From Vibrio vulnificus CMCP6 (GTDB lineage: Bacteria > Pseudomonadota > Gammaproteobacteria > Enterobacterales > Vibrionaceae), in contig NC_004460.2 in assembly GCF_000039765.1 (NCBI RefSeq), positions 540,001 through 572,000 on the forward strand: a stretch of DNA of 32,000 nucleotides, in the 5' to 3' direction. Of this stretch, positions 1-9,985 are shown one piece after another (within the stretch, counting starts at the first letter, position 1; the number at the start of each line of letters is the position of its first letter). Under the pieces are notes generated by a model that did not search any database, was not told where the DNA came from, and saw only the letters and a program-made list of their open reading frames with translations. A program made the position numbers and the translations under genes.

Positions 1-216
1 GGCTCCTCACCTTTCGACATCTCATCCCTTTGTTCATGGTGTGCTAAGTTGGGCCGAAAAGAGGATAATCCTGTTTAATGCAGCACAATTTACTATTAAG
101 AAACAAAGCCCATTACTATTTCGGGTTTTGCCATCAAACATAGGAGAGAAGCCCGTAATGGCATCTTCAAAGAAGGCGACTAAACTTAGAACATTAGAAT
201 CCACTCATGATTGATT

Positions 217-990
217 ATGCGTTATATACTCTTACTGTTTTTAATGGCCTTACCCTGCCACTTGCTGGCTGACCAAAATAACAAAGTGGTGAAGTTTGCT
301 ATTGGTGATTGGGAGCCTTACACCAGCTCTATTCCCCAACAAGAATTAAAGATATCTGAGACATTGGTTCGAAGAGCATTCGAGCTCCGCGGATACACCA
401 TTGAATTGGAGTATTTTCCTTGGGTTCGATCATATCAATATGCTATCGAAGGCCGATTTGACGCTTCGTTTCCATGGATGAAAAACGAAGAAAGAATAAA
501 GCATTTCTATTACTCCAACCCTATTTTCAGTCAACGCATACAGTTTTTTTACCACAAAGATAGTGAGTTTAGTTGGCAGCTTCTCACCGACCTTGATGCT
601 TATCGCTTAGGTGCTACACAGGGATATCAAGCGACTTTTTTTCTACAGAAACACGGTGTTGACATCGAAGTGAACAACGCCGAAGAAGACAATTTTGTGA
701 AAATTGCCAAGGGTAGACTGGATGCCTACGCGACAGGTGTAGAGCGAGGTTGGTACATCCTTGAAAATTATGTCCCAGAAGAGTTGCGAGAATACATAAG
801 ACTCGATCCCAAACACCTCCTAAAAGAGGAAATGTACGTCATTTTCAGCAAATTTGATGAGCAACGCAGTAAGCAACTGCTCCAGGAATTTAATGCGGGC
901 CTACAACAACTGATCGATAGTGGCGAGTATGTCGACATTATGAAATCAGAAGCCGCTTTTCTGGATAGAATTCAAAAGTCTGAGCCTTAA
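217..990 (+). CDS. Periplasmic transporter substrate-binding domain protein (SBP_bac_3-like)
   Basis: ORF with signal peptide (MRYILLLFLMALPCHLLA) and SBP-like pattern 'VKFAIGDWEPYTSS...ETLVRRAFELRGYTIELEYFPWVRSYQYAIEGRFDASFPW'. ATG at 217 preferred over TTG at 211. No permease or ATPase gene beside it. Confidence 0.8.
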   Translation: MRYILLLFLMALPCHLLADQNNKVVKFAIGDWEPYTSSIPQQELKISETLVRRAFELRGYTIELEYFPWVRSYQYAIEGRFDASFPWMKNEERIKHFYYSNPIFSQRIQFFYHKDSEFSWQLLTDLDAYRLGATQGYQATFFLQKHGVDIEVNNAEEDNFVKIAKGRLDAYATGVERGWYILENYVPEELREYIRLDPKHLLKEEMYVIFSKFDEQRSKQLLQEFNAGLQQLIDSGEYVDIMKSEAAFLDRIQKSEP

Positions 991-1028
991 ATCAGCCAAT
1001 CAGCCTTCATCCCCTCCACTATTTTGTT

Positions 1029-1503
1029 GTGTTTAGTCATGACAGCGTCCGTTTTCGCCACCTAGTGCTTAGACATTGTTCTATAGTTACCCACATCAAC
1101 CCCAAAGGCGGGCGTTTCAATGATGGATTGTTTGGCGCATTTTACCTTGCTTCCCGTGAACAAACGGCTGCACTAGAAGTAAAACACCATCAACAGCGAT
1201 ATTGGGCGAATGTCGAAGGGCCCGTCGTCACTCACTCAGCCGCTCCGATTCATAAAGTAACGTGCCAGCGAAACCGAATTCTTGGATCCCCACAGTTATG
1301 TGGCTTCTCAACAGTTAGCCAGAGAACTGAAAAAGAAGCGAGTAGCCGCAGTGGAATACCCTTCCGTTCGAGCCGATGGCACCTGCTGGGCACTGTTCAC
1401 TCCAAAGCCTATCGGCGACATCGTCCAGAGCTATTTATTGGAAATGATCTGGGACGGAGAGAAAATCGCCGAAGTTAACGAAGTGAATCATATCGATATT
1501 TAG
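1029..1503 (+). pseudogene. RES-domain protein, split by an apparent frameshift around 1255-1282
   Basis: Frame 1 encodes 'HINPKGGRFNDGLFGAFYLASREQTAALEVKHHQQRYW' (RES N-terminal pattern); the continuation 'FLDPHSYVASQQLARELKKKRVAAVEYPSVRADGTCWALFTPKPI' is in a different frame. Could be a real frameshift or a sequencing error. Confidence 0.65.
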
Positions 1504-1521
1504 CCGTGACGCTCGACTTGG

Positions 1522-2280
1522 CTACATGCGAATTCCGCCATCCACTTCCAGCACTCGTCCTGTAATGTATTCGTTTTCGAAAATGAACTTCACTGTGTGT
1601 GCAATTTCGCTGGCTTCACCCATTCGCCCCACGGGGATCATTTTCTCTAGTCTGGCGATGGCCTCAGGTTTCATCTGATCCGCCATGGCAGTGTGAATCA
1701 CACCGGGCGCGATCGCCGCAGCGCGTATGCCGTAACGTGCAAGCTCTTTGGCCCAAGTGGTAGCCAATGTCGCCACCGCCGCTTTTGATGCCGAATAGTT
1801 GGTTTGACCAATATTGCCCGCGCGGGACACGCTGGAAATGTTGATGATGACCCCTTTGCGTCCAGTTTCAATCATTTTGACTGCCGCTTCACGCCCGCAC
1901 AAAAACGTGCCAGTGAGGTTGACTTTGATCACCGAGTTAAACTGCTCCAGTGACATTTTGCTGATGTTGCCGTCTTGCACTTTGACCAGCATGCCATCGC
2001 GCAAAATCCCGGCGTTGTTGACCAGCCCATCAAGTTGTCCAAAATCTTCGACGATCTGCTCGAAGGTGCGCTCCACTTCCCCTTCATCCGTCACGTTCAT
2101 TGGATAAATCAGCGCTTTGGTGCCGAGCATGTGGCATTGATCCTGAGTATGACGTAGCCCTTCTTCGTTTAAATCCAGCAACGCCAGCTCAGCGCCTGCG
2201 TGTGCAAGGGTCACCGCCATCATTTGTCCTAACCCTTGCCCAGCCCCTGTAATCGCAATCACACTCTCTTTTAGATGCAT
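1522..2280 (-). CDS. SDR family oxidoreductase (FabG-like / hydroxyacyl-CoA dehydrogenase-like)
   Basis: N-terminal 'VIAITGAGQGLGQMMA' Rossmann motif, 'NNAG', 'S...YSASKAA' catalytic motif, C-terminal 'ITGRVLEVDGGIRM'. Confidence 0.9.
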   Translation of the reverse strand: MHLKESVIAITGAGQGLGQMMAVTLAHAGAELALLDLNEEGLRHTQDQCHMLGTKALIYPMNVTDEGEVERTFEQIVEDFGQLDGLVNNAGILRDGMLVKVQDGNISKMSLEQFNSVIKVNLTGTFLCGREAAVKMIETGRKGVIINISSVSRAGNIGQTNYSASKAAVATLATTWAKELARYGIRAAAIAPGVIHTAMADQMKPEAIARLEKMIPVGRMGEASEIAHTVKFIFENEYITGRVLEVDGGIRM

Positions 2281-2327
2281 TTTGATTCCCTCAATCGCTA
2301 AAACAAATCGCGGTGCTTTTCACCCAC

Positions 2328-3236
2328 TTACTCTTTGTTATTCTTGGCATAAAATTCAAATAGGCTCGAGAAATCCAACTCCTCATTGCCAGCAGCGTTG
2401 TGAAACGCGTAGAGATTGCGTGCCAGCGCCCCCATCGGCACCGAAGATTGGCTCTTTGCTGCGGCATCTAACCCCAAACCGAGATCTTTGAGCATCAATT
2501 TACTCATAAAACCGGGCTGATAACCGCGGCTGGCGGGGGCGTTTTCCATCACGCCCGGACACGGATTGTAAAGTTCCAACGCCCAGTTTCGCCCAGAGCT
2601 TTGCAGCATGATGTTGGAAAGCACCGTCGGATCGAGACCGTTATCGATGCCGAGGTTTAACGCCTCACACGTCCCAGACATGAGAATGCCCAGCATCAGG
2701 TTGTTGCAGATTTTGCCCATCTGCCCATCACCCGCTTGGCCTGCGTGGAAGATATTTTTACCCATATTTTTGAGAATGGTTTCGGCGCGAGCAAACGCGT
2801 TGTCAGAGCCGCCAACGATAAAGGTCAACGTGGCAGCATGAGCCCCCGCGACGCCACCGGAAACGGGCGCATCCACAAAATCCAAACCTCGTTTAGCCGC
2901 CTCTTCTCCCACCAAGCGAGCCGATTGCGGATCAATGGTCGAAGAGTCGATGAGTAAGCTGTTTTCGATCACCAGATCCAACAGCCCTTTGTCGCTTTGG
3001 TGGGTGCCAAGATAGACACTGCGAACATGCTCACCTGCGGGCAACATGGTGATGACGCAACTCACGTCTTGAGCCAGCTCTTCAAGGTTTGCGCACACGC
3101 TCGCCCCTTGCTGTGCCAACTTCTCGCACGCAGCTTGGTTGAGATCAAACACCTTGACCTGATGGCCTGCTTTAAGCAGATTTTCCGCCATTGGCGCGCC
3201 CATATTACCCAGTCCGATAAAGCCGATGTTTTGCAT
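2328..3236 (-). CDS. mmsB: 3-hydroxyisobutyrate dehydrogenase
   Basis: Start re-assigned to 'MQNIGFIGLGNMGAPMAENLLKAGH'; 'FVDAPVSGGVAGA' and 'GQAGDGQMGKICNN' signatures; sits in a valine degradation cluster. The 356-aa ORF to 3398 has a non-homologous N-terminal extension. Confidence 0.92.
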   Translation of the reverse strand: MQNIGFIGLGNMGAPMAENLLKAGHQVKVFDLNQAACEKLAQQGASVCANLEELAQDVSCVITMLPAGEHVRSVYLGTHQSDKGLLDLVIENSLLIDSSTIDPQSARLVGEEAAKRGLDFVDAPVSGGVAGAHAATLTFIVGGSDNAFARAETILKNMGKNIFHAGQAGDGQMGKICNNLMLGILMSGTCEALNLGIDNGLDPTVLSNIMLQSSGRNWALELYNPCPGVMENAPASRGYQPGFMSKLMLKDLGLGLDAAAKSQSSVPMGALARNLYAFHNAAGNEELDFSSLFEFYAKNNKE

Positions 3237-3352
3237 AACGTTCTCCATGTTCTTTACGCTTGGCTGTGACTCTGCGCGTGCTGCATTCCACGCCAGTTTA
3301 CAATGCTCGATTGGCAAGACTTTGAGTGACCAGCTTTGCGCACTGTGAGCGA

Positions 3353-4480
3353 CTAATATTTCCCCAGTCGTGCCAGTGGGTGATCGTCCTCCGACCACAA
3401 TGAGGTAAACAGCGCATCAATGACGCTGCTGTCCACATCGGCCACGGTTGGGTAAAGCCAATTCGGTTGGCCATCTTTGTCAACCAAGCGCGCTCGAACG
3501 CCTTCTTGGAACTCTCCCAATAAGCCACACTGCACCGAGATACCGAGTTCAAGGCGGAAGCAATCCGCCAGTGACAGTTCGTGATAGTCTCGCGCTTGGC
3601 GATAGCAAATGTGCGCAGTGATTGGGCTACCTTGTGCCAAGTTGTGCTGCGCCCCTTTCAACCAGTCACTGCCTTCCAAAGCCAAAATGGACTGCACCAC
3701 TTGCGTGACATTTTCCCCTTCGCACGCCTGCTGTATTTGCTCAAAATAGGGCATAAGCTGGTGAGAAGGTTGATGCGACAACGCGTGCTCCGCCAAGTTT
3801 TCCAGAAGCTCGGTCACCACTTCGTAGTGATCCTCTGCGCTCGACCAATGTGCGTGTTGCAATTGATCCAGTAGCACATCCAACTCTTCTGGCAGCAGTA
3901 AATGATCGGCAAAGTGAATCTTCAGCGCATCGCTGGCGTTAACCATGACGCCCGTCAACGCGAGAAATAGACCAATCCCCGGATCGAGACGATTGAGGAA
4001 CCAAGTGCCACCCACATCTGGGTATAGACCGATGCTGATTTCCGGCATAGCCAAACGCGAATTCGGTGTCACGACCTTGTGGCTGGTGCCCATATAAAGC
4101 CCCATGCCACCGCCCATCACGATGCCCGCTCCCCAGCCAATAATCGGCTTAGTGTAAGTATGAATGAGGTAATCACACTGATATTCCAAGGTGAAATAGT
4201 CGGTCAGAAAGGCGCGAGCCGTCGCTTTGCTCTCGCTACTCATCACGTGATGCATGGCTCTTACATCGCCACCCGCACAGAATGCTTTTTCACCCGCGCC
4301 TTTGAGGATCACACAAATGATTTGCTCGTCTTCGTGCCATTTCTCTAGGGAGTTTTTTAATGCCGCCAGCATCTCTTCGCTCAGTGCATTGAGGGCAGAT
4401 GGGTTTTCGAGTGTGGCAACGGCAATGCGATAATCGCCTTCGCTACAAGGGTATTCTTCAAAGCTGACTCGGCCTGTCAT
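3353..4480 (-). CDS. Enoyl-CoA hydratase/isomerase family, 3-hydroxyisobutyryl-CoA hydrolase-like
   Basis: 375 aa; crotonase fold motifs 'AFCAGGDVRAM' and 'YTKPIIGWGAGIVMGGGMGLYMGTSHKVVTPNSRLAMPEISIGLYPDVGGTWFLNRL' typical of HIBCH; pathway context. Confidence 0.87.
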   Translation of the reverse strand: MTGRVSFEEYPCSEGDYRIAVATLENPSALNALSEEMLAALKNSLEKWHEDEQIICVILKGAGEKAFCAGGDVRAMHHVMSSESKATARAFLTDYFTLEYQCDYLIHTYTKPIIGWGAGIVMGGGMGLYMGTSHKVVTPNSRLAMPEISIGLYPDVGGTWFLNRLDPGIGLFLALTGVMVNASDALKIHFADHLLLPEELDVLLDQLQHAHWSSAEDHYEVVTELLENLAEHALSHQPSHQLMPYFEQIQQACEGENVTQVVQSILALEGSDWLKGAQHNLAQGSPITAHICYRQARDYHELSLADCFRLELGISVQCGLLGEFQEGVRARLVDKDGQPNWLYPTVADVDSSVIDALFTSLWSEDDHPLARLGKY

Positions 4481-4501
4481 AGTGCCTCCTATTCAGCGTG
4501 A

Positions 4502-5299
4502 CTACTGATTTTTCCATTGTGGTGCGCGTTTCTCGAGGAATGCTTGCACCCCTTCTTGCTGATCTTGCGTGTCGAACAACTGAATAAACAACTCGCGCTC
4601 ACGTATCAGCCCCATCGACAGCGGCGCTTGGCGCGTATTCTGAATCAGCTTTTTACAGGCAGAAACTGAACTGGGGGACTGGTTGGCCACTTGCTGCGCC
4701 AACGCTTGTGCTGCGCTCAGCGATTCCCCTTTGGCCACCACTTCTTCGATCAATCCGATGCTCAGCGCTTTTTCCGCGCTCACTTGCTCACCACATAAGA
4801 TGATGCGCTTGGCCCACCCTTCGCCGACCAAAGCCGTTAAGTTTTGCGTGCCCCCCGCACAAGGCAGCAGCCCCACTTTCGCCTCGGGTAAGGCGAGCAC
4901 CGCCTGCTCCTCAGCAATACGAATGTCACAAGCCAGCGCAACTTCGAGCCCACCGCCCATGGCATAACCATTGATCGCAGCAATAGAAACGCCGCGAAAA
5001 GCTGAAAGTGTCTCGAACGCTTCACCGAAAATACGCGCCATGTCCACCGCGACGCCCTTGTCTCCCGAAGCGAATAATTTAAGATCGGCCCCAGCTGAGA
5101 AAAACTTTTCGCCGTCCCCAGTCAGCACTAAGGCATAAATCGCCTTGTTGTCATTCAGTGCTAACACCGTCTTTTTTAGCTCTATCAGAGAGTTTGCCGT
5201 CCATGTATTGGCAGGAGGATTGACCATGGTGATCGTTGCCACATGACCATTGAGGGAAAGTGAAATACCGTTTTCACTCGGTGGAATTATGTCAGACAT
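4502..5299 (-). CDS. Enoyl-CoA hydratase
   Basis: 265 aa; 'FSAGADLKLFASGD', 'AINGYAMGGGLEVALACDIRIAEEQAVLALPEAKVGLLPCAGGTQNL' crotonase signature. Confidence 0.9.
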   Translation of the reverse strand: MSDIIPPSENGISLSLNGHVATITMVNPPANTWTANSLIELKKTVLALNDNKAIYALVLTGDGEKFFSAGADLKLFASGDKGVAVDMARIFGEAFETLSAFRGVSIAAINGYAMGGGLEVALACDIRIAEEQAVLALPEAKVGLLPCAGGTQNLTALVGEGWAKRIILCGEQVSAEKALSIGLIEEVVAKGESLSAAQALAQQVANQSPSSVSACKKLIQNTRQAPLSMGLIRERELFIQLFDTQDQQEGVQAFLEKRAPQWKNQ

Positions 5300-5325
5300 T
5301 CCTTTTCTCCTTGGATTGCTAGCCG

Positions 5326-6480
5326 CTAGAGCAAACTGGATTGCTGTGACAGCAAACGACGAGCCACAATCAAACGCATAATTTCATTGGTGCCTTCCAA
5401 AATTTGATGCACGCGTACATCGCGGAAAAAACGCTCCAGCGGATACTCCTTGATGTAGCCATAGCCGCCATACAGTTGCAGCGCTTCATCACACACTTTA
5501 AAGCCAACGTCCGTGGCAAAGCGTTTGGCCATCGCACAATACGCTGTCGCATCTGGGTCGCCCTTATCCAGTTTGCTGGCCGCAAAACGCACCAGTTGTC
5601 TTGCGGCAATCAGTTCTATCGCCATATCCGCCAAACGAAATTGCACCGTCTGGAACTCAGCGAGCGTGTGGCCAAATTGTTTTCGCTCTTGAACGTATTG
5701 CGTGGCCAAATTCAACGCCTGCTGCGCGGTGCCCACTGAGCAGGTCGCAATATTAATACGACCGCCATCGAGCCCTTTCATGGCGAAGCGAAAACCTTCC
5801 CCTTCTTCGCCTAAACGGTGATTGAGCGGAATTCGCACGTTATCAAAAGTAATAGAACGGGTTGGCTGACTATTCCAGCCCATTTTCGGTTCTTTTCGTC
5901 CATAGCTGACCCCTTGCGCATCCGCCGGGACCACAAACGCCGAGACCCCTTTTGCCCCCTCGCCCCCTGTACGCGCCATCACAACCAACACTTGCGTTTC
6001 CCCCGCCCCTGAAATAAATGCCTTCGCGCCATTAATCCGATATTCATCCCCTTGGCGCGTAGCGGTGGTTTTCAATGATGCGGCGTCAGAGCCCGAGTTA
6101 GGTTCGGTCAAACAATAGGAGCCAAGCAAAGCACCTGAGTTAAGCCCTTGGCAATAAAGCGATTTCACTTCCTGCGTGGCAAAACTTCCCACCATCCAAT
6201 TGACCATGTTATGAATGGTCATAAAGGCGGTGGTGGAGGTGCAACCCATCGACAGTTGTTCAAAAATGATCGCTGCATCCAAACGGCTCATGCCCAAACC
6301 GCCCTGCTCTTCCGGTGCATACAGGCTGAGAAAGCCGAGCTCTCCAGCCTCTTTGAGTACCTCAACAGGAAAAAACTGCGTCTCATCCCACACTGCCGCG
6401 TTGGGCATTAATTTCTCTTGGGCGAACTGCGCTGCGGTGTCAGCAAAGGCGCGTTGGTCTTCATTGAGTTCAAAATCCAT
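5326..6480 (-). CDS. Acyl-CoA dehydrogenase (isobutyryl-CoA dehydrogenase-like)
   Basis: 'MDFELNEDQRAFADTAAQFAQEKL', 'YCLTEPNSGSDAASLKTTA', 'ALQLYGGYGYIKEYPLERFFRDVRVHQILEGTNEIMRLIVAR'. Start moved to the internal Met at 6480. Confidence 0.92.
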   Translation of the reverse strand: MDFELNEDQRAFADTAAQFAQEKLMPNAAVWDETQFFPVEVLKEAGELGFLSLYAPEEQGGLGMSRLDAAIIFEQLSMGCTSTTAFMTIHNMVNWMVGSFATQEVKSLYCQGLNSGALLGSYCLTEPNSGSDAASLKTTATRQGDEYRINGAKAFISGAGETQVLVVMARTGGEGAKGVSAFVVPADAQGVSYGRKEPKMGWNSQPTRSITFDNVRIPLNHRLGEEGEGFRFAMKGLDGGRINIATCSVGTAQQALNLATQYVQERKQFGHTLAEFQTVQFRLADMAIELIAARQLVRFAASKLDKGDPDATAYCAMAKRFATDVGFKVCDEALQLYGGYGYIKEYPLERFFRDVRVHQILEGTNEIMRLIVARRLLSQQSSLL

Positions 6481-6517
6481 CTTTCTTTCCCTCATTCCTC
6501 AAAGCGTGCAGTTGGTG

Positions 6518-8011
6518 CTAACGCAGTTGAATGGTCATGTTTGGCCCGCTAGGCATGTCTTCTTCAAACCAACGTGCCGTGACGGTTTTGGTCTCGGTAT
6601 AAAAACGCACCGCCTGTTTGCCGTAAGCATGCAAATCCCCATAAAAACTGCCGCGCCAGCCGGTAAATGAGAAGAAAGGCAGTGGTACTGGGATCGGCAC
6701 ATTGATGCCCACTTGCCCCACTTGGATCTGATGTTGGAATTTTCTCGCCGCGGCGCCATTGGCGGTGAAAATCGAGGTGCCATTGCCATACGGATTGCGG
6801 TTAATCAGCGCAATCGCCTCTTCCAAGCTGTCTACTTCCAGACACACCAGCACCGGGCCAAAGATCTCTTGCTGATAGATGCTCATCTCAGTAGTCACAC
6901 CACTAAACAGCGTTGGGCCAACCCAGTTGCCGTTGGGGTATCCTGCCACTTGGCATTGACTGCCATCGAGCTCACACACCGCGCCTTGCGCTTTGCCTTC
7001 AGCGATCAAGCCCAACACGCGCTGCTTGGCGGCGGCGCTGATAAGTGGGCCATAGGCTGCCGTGGCATCGTCCCACGCACCGGGTTTGACTGTGGCCAAC
7101 TCGGCTTTGATATCCGCCACCCAATGTTTTGCATCGCCAACCAATACCGCCACGGAGATCGCCATACAACGTTGCCCAGCCGCTCCGACCGAGGCACCAA
7201 CTAAGTTACTGAGTACCTGCGCTTTATTGGCATCGGGCATCACCACCATATGGTTTTTCGCTCCAGCAAACGCCTGCACACGCTTGAAGTTTTGCGTGGC
7301 GGTTTGGTAGATGTATTGCGCGGTCGGCACCGAGCCAACAAACGAAACGGCGCGAACATCCGGATGCGTGAGAAGAAAATCGACCTGCGCTTTACCCCCA
7401 TGCACGATCTGCAACACCCCATCCGGCGCACCAGCGTCGGCAAACAGTTGCGCTAAACGCACCGACGTCAGCGGCACCTGTTCAGAAGGTTTCAGTACAA
7501 ACGTATTGCCACTGGCAATGGCAATTGGGAACATCCACAACGGGATCATGGCAGGAAAATTAAACGGCGTAATACCACAACACACACCCAATGGCTGGAT
7601 TAGGGAGTAGCTGTCGATATCAGTGGCCACATTTTCCACCGTCTCTCCCATCATATTGCTGGCTATATTGGCCGCTTGTTCCACCACTTCTATCCCTCGC
7701 CACACATCGCCTTTGGCATCGGCAAGGGTTTTGCCCGTTTCTTGAGAGAGCAATTGCGCCAGCGCATCGTGGTTTTCTTTGAGCAAATGCTGATAACGCA
7801 ACATCAATCTGGCCCGTTCGGAGACCGCAACCTCTTTCCATGATTGGAATGCTTCACTTGCAGAGGTAATCGCATTGGTCATTTCTGCTGGCGTGGCGCA
7901 AGGCAGACGAGCAATCACCTCGCCAGTGGCTGGGTTGGTCACATCAATCCATTCGTTGCTCTGAGATTCGACAAACGAACCTTGGATAAAAAGAGGTACT
8001 GATTGGGTCAT
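6518..8011 (-). CDS. mmsA: CoA-acylating methylmalonate-semialdehyde dehydrogenase
   Basis: 497 aa aldehyde dehydrogenase with '[38 protein letters not shown]', '[12 protein letters not shown]', '[36 protein letters not shown]'. Confidence 0.95.
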   Translation of the reverse strand: MTQSVPLFIQGSFVESQSNEWIDVTNPATGEVIARLPCATPAEMTNAITSASEAFQSWKEVAVSERARLMLRYQHLLKENHDALAQLLSQETGKTLADAKGDVWRGIEVVEQAANIASNMMGETVENVATDIDSYSLIQPLGVCCGITPFNFPAMIPLWMFPIAIASGNTFVLKPSEQVPLTSVRLAQLFADAGAPDGVLQIVHGGKAQVDFLLTHPDVRAVSFVGSVPTAQYIYQTATQNFKRVQAFAGAKNHMVVMPDANKAQVLSNLVGASVGAAGQRCMAISVAVLVGDAKHWVADIKAELATVKPGAWDDATAAYGPLISAAAKQRVLGLIAEGKAQGAVCELDGSQCQVAGYPNGNWVGPTLFSGVTTEMSIYQQEIFGPVLVCLEVDSLEEAIALINRNPYGNGTSIFTANGAAARKFQHQIQVGQVGINVPIPVPLPFFSFTGWRGSFYGDLHAYGKQAVRFYTETKTVTARWFEEDMPSGPNMTIQLR

Positions 8012-8117
8012 GTTGGCTTTCCTTATGGTTTCATTCGCCCTGATTCTGTTTGCGTCTGCGTTAATTGCGTCGTTTTCATTCGTTGCATCGTGTTAATGTC
8101 ACTGCTGTATTGGCCGC

Positions 8118-9335
8118 TCAAAACACGGGAATTTCGATACCAATAGCGGTCGCTTCACCACCACCAATGCACAGTGCAGCCACACCTTTGACGCTGCGAC
8201 GGCACTTAGTGTCGCCATTGGTGCCCAACGCTTGTAACTGACGCAAGCTGTGAATCAAAGTGACTAAAATTCGGGCACCACTGGCGCCAATAGGGTGGCC
8301 TAACGCACAGGCCCCCCCTTTGATGTTCACTTTATCCGCGGCTAAGCCGAGCTGCTGGATGGCAATTTGTGTCACGACGGCAAACGCTTCGTTGATCTCC
8401 CACAAATCCACCTCGTCGATTCCCCAATCGAGCTGGCTGAGCAGTTGCTCAATCGCATAAACGGGCGCGACGGTAAACTCGGCGGGCAAGCGAGCATGGC
8501 TTGCGTGGCCGCGAATGATCGCCAGCGGTGTTAAGCCTTGTTTTTCGGCCCAATCACCATCGGCCAATATCAGTGCTGCTGCGCCATCCGCAATCGCACT
8601 GGAATTGGCGGCGGTCACCGTACCGTTATCGGCAAACGCGGGTTTCAGTTTGGGAATTTTGTCGAGCTGAATGGTGGTTGGATGCTCATCATGATCCAGC
8701 GTCATGCTGCTGCGTCCTTCGAGAAAAATCGGGGTGATTTCCTCTTTGAACTGCGCTTCGTGCTGTGCCTGAGTCGCACGCTGCGCCGATTGAATGGCCC
8801 AAGTGTCCATTTGCTCTCGGGTGTAATTGAGTTTGTCAGCGATTTGCTGCGCATAAACGCCCATCAAATGGCCCTCATAGGCATCTTGCAATCCATCAAG
8901 AAACATATGATCGAAGGTGGTTTTGTGGCCCATTCGCATGCCGCTGCGCGACTCTTTCAATAGATATGGGGCATTGGTCATGCTCTCCATTCCCCCTGCA
9001 ATCATGCAGCATTTATCACCCGCTTTGAGCTGATCATAGGCCAACATCACCGCTTTCATCCCAGAGCCACACACTTTATTGACTGTGGTACAAGGCGTGG
9101 AATAACCCAATTCGGCTTTCAGTGCCGCTTGCCGTGCGGGGGCTTGACCACACCCTGCGGGCAACACACAGCCCATATACACTTCATCCACTTGTTGCGC
9201 GGACAACGAAACGGCATCCATCGCCGCATGAATCGCGGCAGCGCCTAATTGCGGTGCACTCAGGGCGGCGAGCACCCCTTGGAATCGCCCTATCGGGGTA
9301 CGTTTTGCTGCCACTATCCAAATTGATTTCGCCAT
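8118..9335 (-). CDS. Acetyl-CoA C-acyltransferase/acetyltransferase (thiolase)
   Basis: 'KSIWIVAAKRTPIGRFQG', 'NKVCGSGMKAVMLA', 'NEAFAVV', 'GGACALGHPIGASGARILVTLIH' thiolase signatures. Start moved to MAKSIW at 9335. Confidence 0.93.
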   Translation of the reverse strand: MAKSIWIVAAKRTPIGRFQGVLAALSAPQLGAAAIHAAMDAVSLSAQQVDEVYMGCVLPAGCGQAPARQAALKAELGYSTPCTTVNKVCGSGMKAVMLAYDQLKAGDKCCMIAGGMESMTNAPYLLKESRSGMRMGHKTTFDHMFLDGLQDAYEGHLMGVYAQQIADKLNYTREQMDTWAIQSAQRATQAQHEAQFKEEITPIFLEGRSSMTLDHDEHPTTIQLDKIPKLKPAFADNGTVTAANSSAIADGAAALILADGDWAEKQGLTPLAIIRGHASHARLPAEFTVAPVYAIEQLLSQLDWGIDEVDLWEINEAFAVVTQIAIQQLGLAADKVNIKGGACALGHPIGASGARILVTLIHSLRQLQALGTNGDTKCRRSVKGVAALCIGGGEATAIGIEIPVF

Positions 9336-9390
9336 ATTCGCTCCCTGCCGCGAGAAACGCGTTTTACTCAAATTCGCTCTGGCGGCTTTC

Positions 9391-9435
9391 TTGACGTTTA
9401 CGTAAGCATAGCACTAACATTTACGTAAACGTAAA
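9391..9435. promoter_or_regulatory. Divergent promoter/operator for the mmsA-side and liu-side operons, probable LiuR (MerR family) sites
   Basis: Two related boxes: TTGACGTTTACGTAAG (9391-9406) and TTTACGTAAACGTAAA (9420-9435). On the minus strand, TTTACG (9435-9430) - 19 nt - TATGCT (9410-9405) has MerR-type spacing. Confidence 0.7.
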
Positions 9436-9530
9436 GAAGCATTTTTTTAACAATGGCAATTTTCATGAACACCTCGCGTGCCATGCTGTGGCTCATCAAC
9501 ATCGCATAAATACCTCTAAGGGGGTCTGAA

Positions 9531-9920
9531 ATGGAAACGTTTAAAATCAGCGAACTGGCAAAAGAGTTCGACATCACGACGCGCAGTATCCGTTTCTATG
9601 AAGACGTTGGCTTGTTGCAACCAGAGCGCAAAGGCAACACCCGAATCTATCAGCGCCGTGATAAAACGCGGCTGAAATTGATTTTGCGAGGGAAAAGGCT
9701 CGGCTTTTCATTAGCGGAAATACGTGAACTGTTCGAGCTGTATGATCTGCGCCAAAGCGAAACTCAATTGGTCAAAATGCTCAATATCATTGATGAGAAA
9801 CAAGCGATTTTGCAGCGTCAGCTCGACGATATTAGCGTGGTCATGAGCGAGCTCGATGCAGCCAAACAGCGCTGCCAACACGCACTGCATGAACTTGCCA
9901 GCCGATCAAAACGGGCTTAA
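9531..9920 (+). CDS. liuR: MerR family transcriptional regulator, LiuR-like
   Basis: 129 aa: 'FKISELAKEFDITTRSIRFYEDVGLLQPERKGNTRIYQRRDKTRLKLILRGKRLGFSLAEIRELFELYD'; first gene of the liu cluster. Confidence 0.85.
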   Translation: METFKISELAKEFDITTRSIRFYEDVGLLQPERKGNTRIYQRRDKTRLKLILRGKRLGFSLAEIRELFELYDLRQSETQLVKMLNIIDEKQAILQRQLDDISVVMSELDAAKQRCQHALHELASRSKRA

Positions 9921-9985
9921 CCAGTGAGATAAATCCACCCTCGGGATAGGTAGTGAAACACCCGCATGGCTGCTCAGGAGGCGCT

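Noticed and set aside
1814-2107. Plus-strand ORF opposite the SDR gene, and similar antisense ORFs (for example 2608-2841, 6713-7204, 8538-8963, 12057-12428)
   Set aside because: These lie antisense to strong conserved genes, have low-information composition and no recognisable domains; they look like codon-bias shadows.
3237-3398. N-terminal extension of the mmsB ORF (MVGGRSPTGTTGEILVAHSAQ...)
   Set aside because: It overlaps the 3' end of the upstream hydrolase gene and is not dehydrogenase-like; the Rossmann start MQNIGFIGLGNMG at 3236 fits much better.
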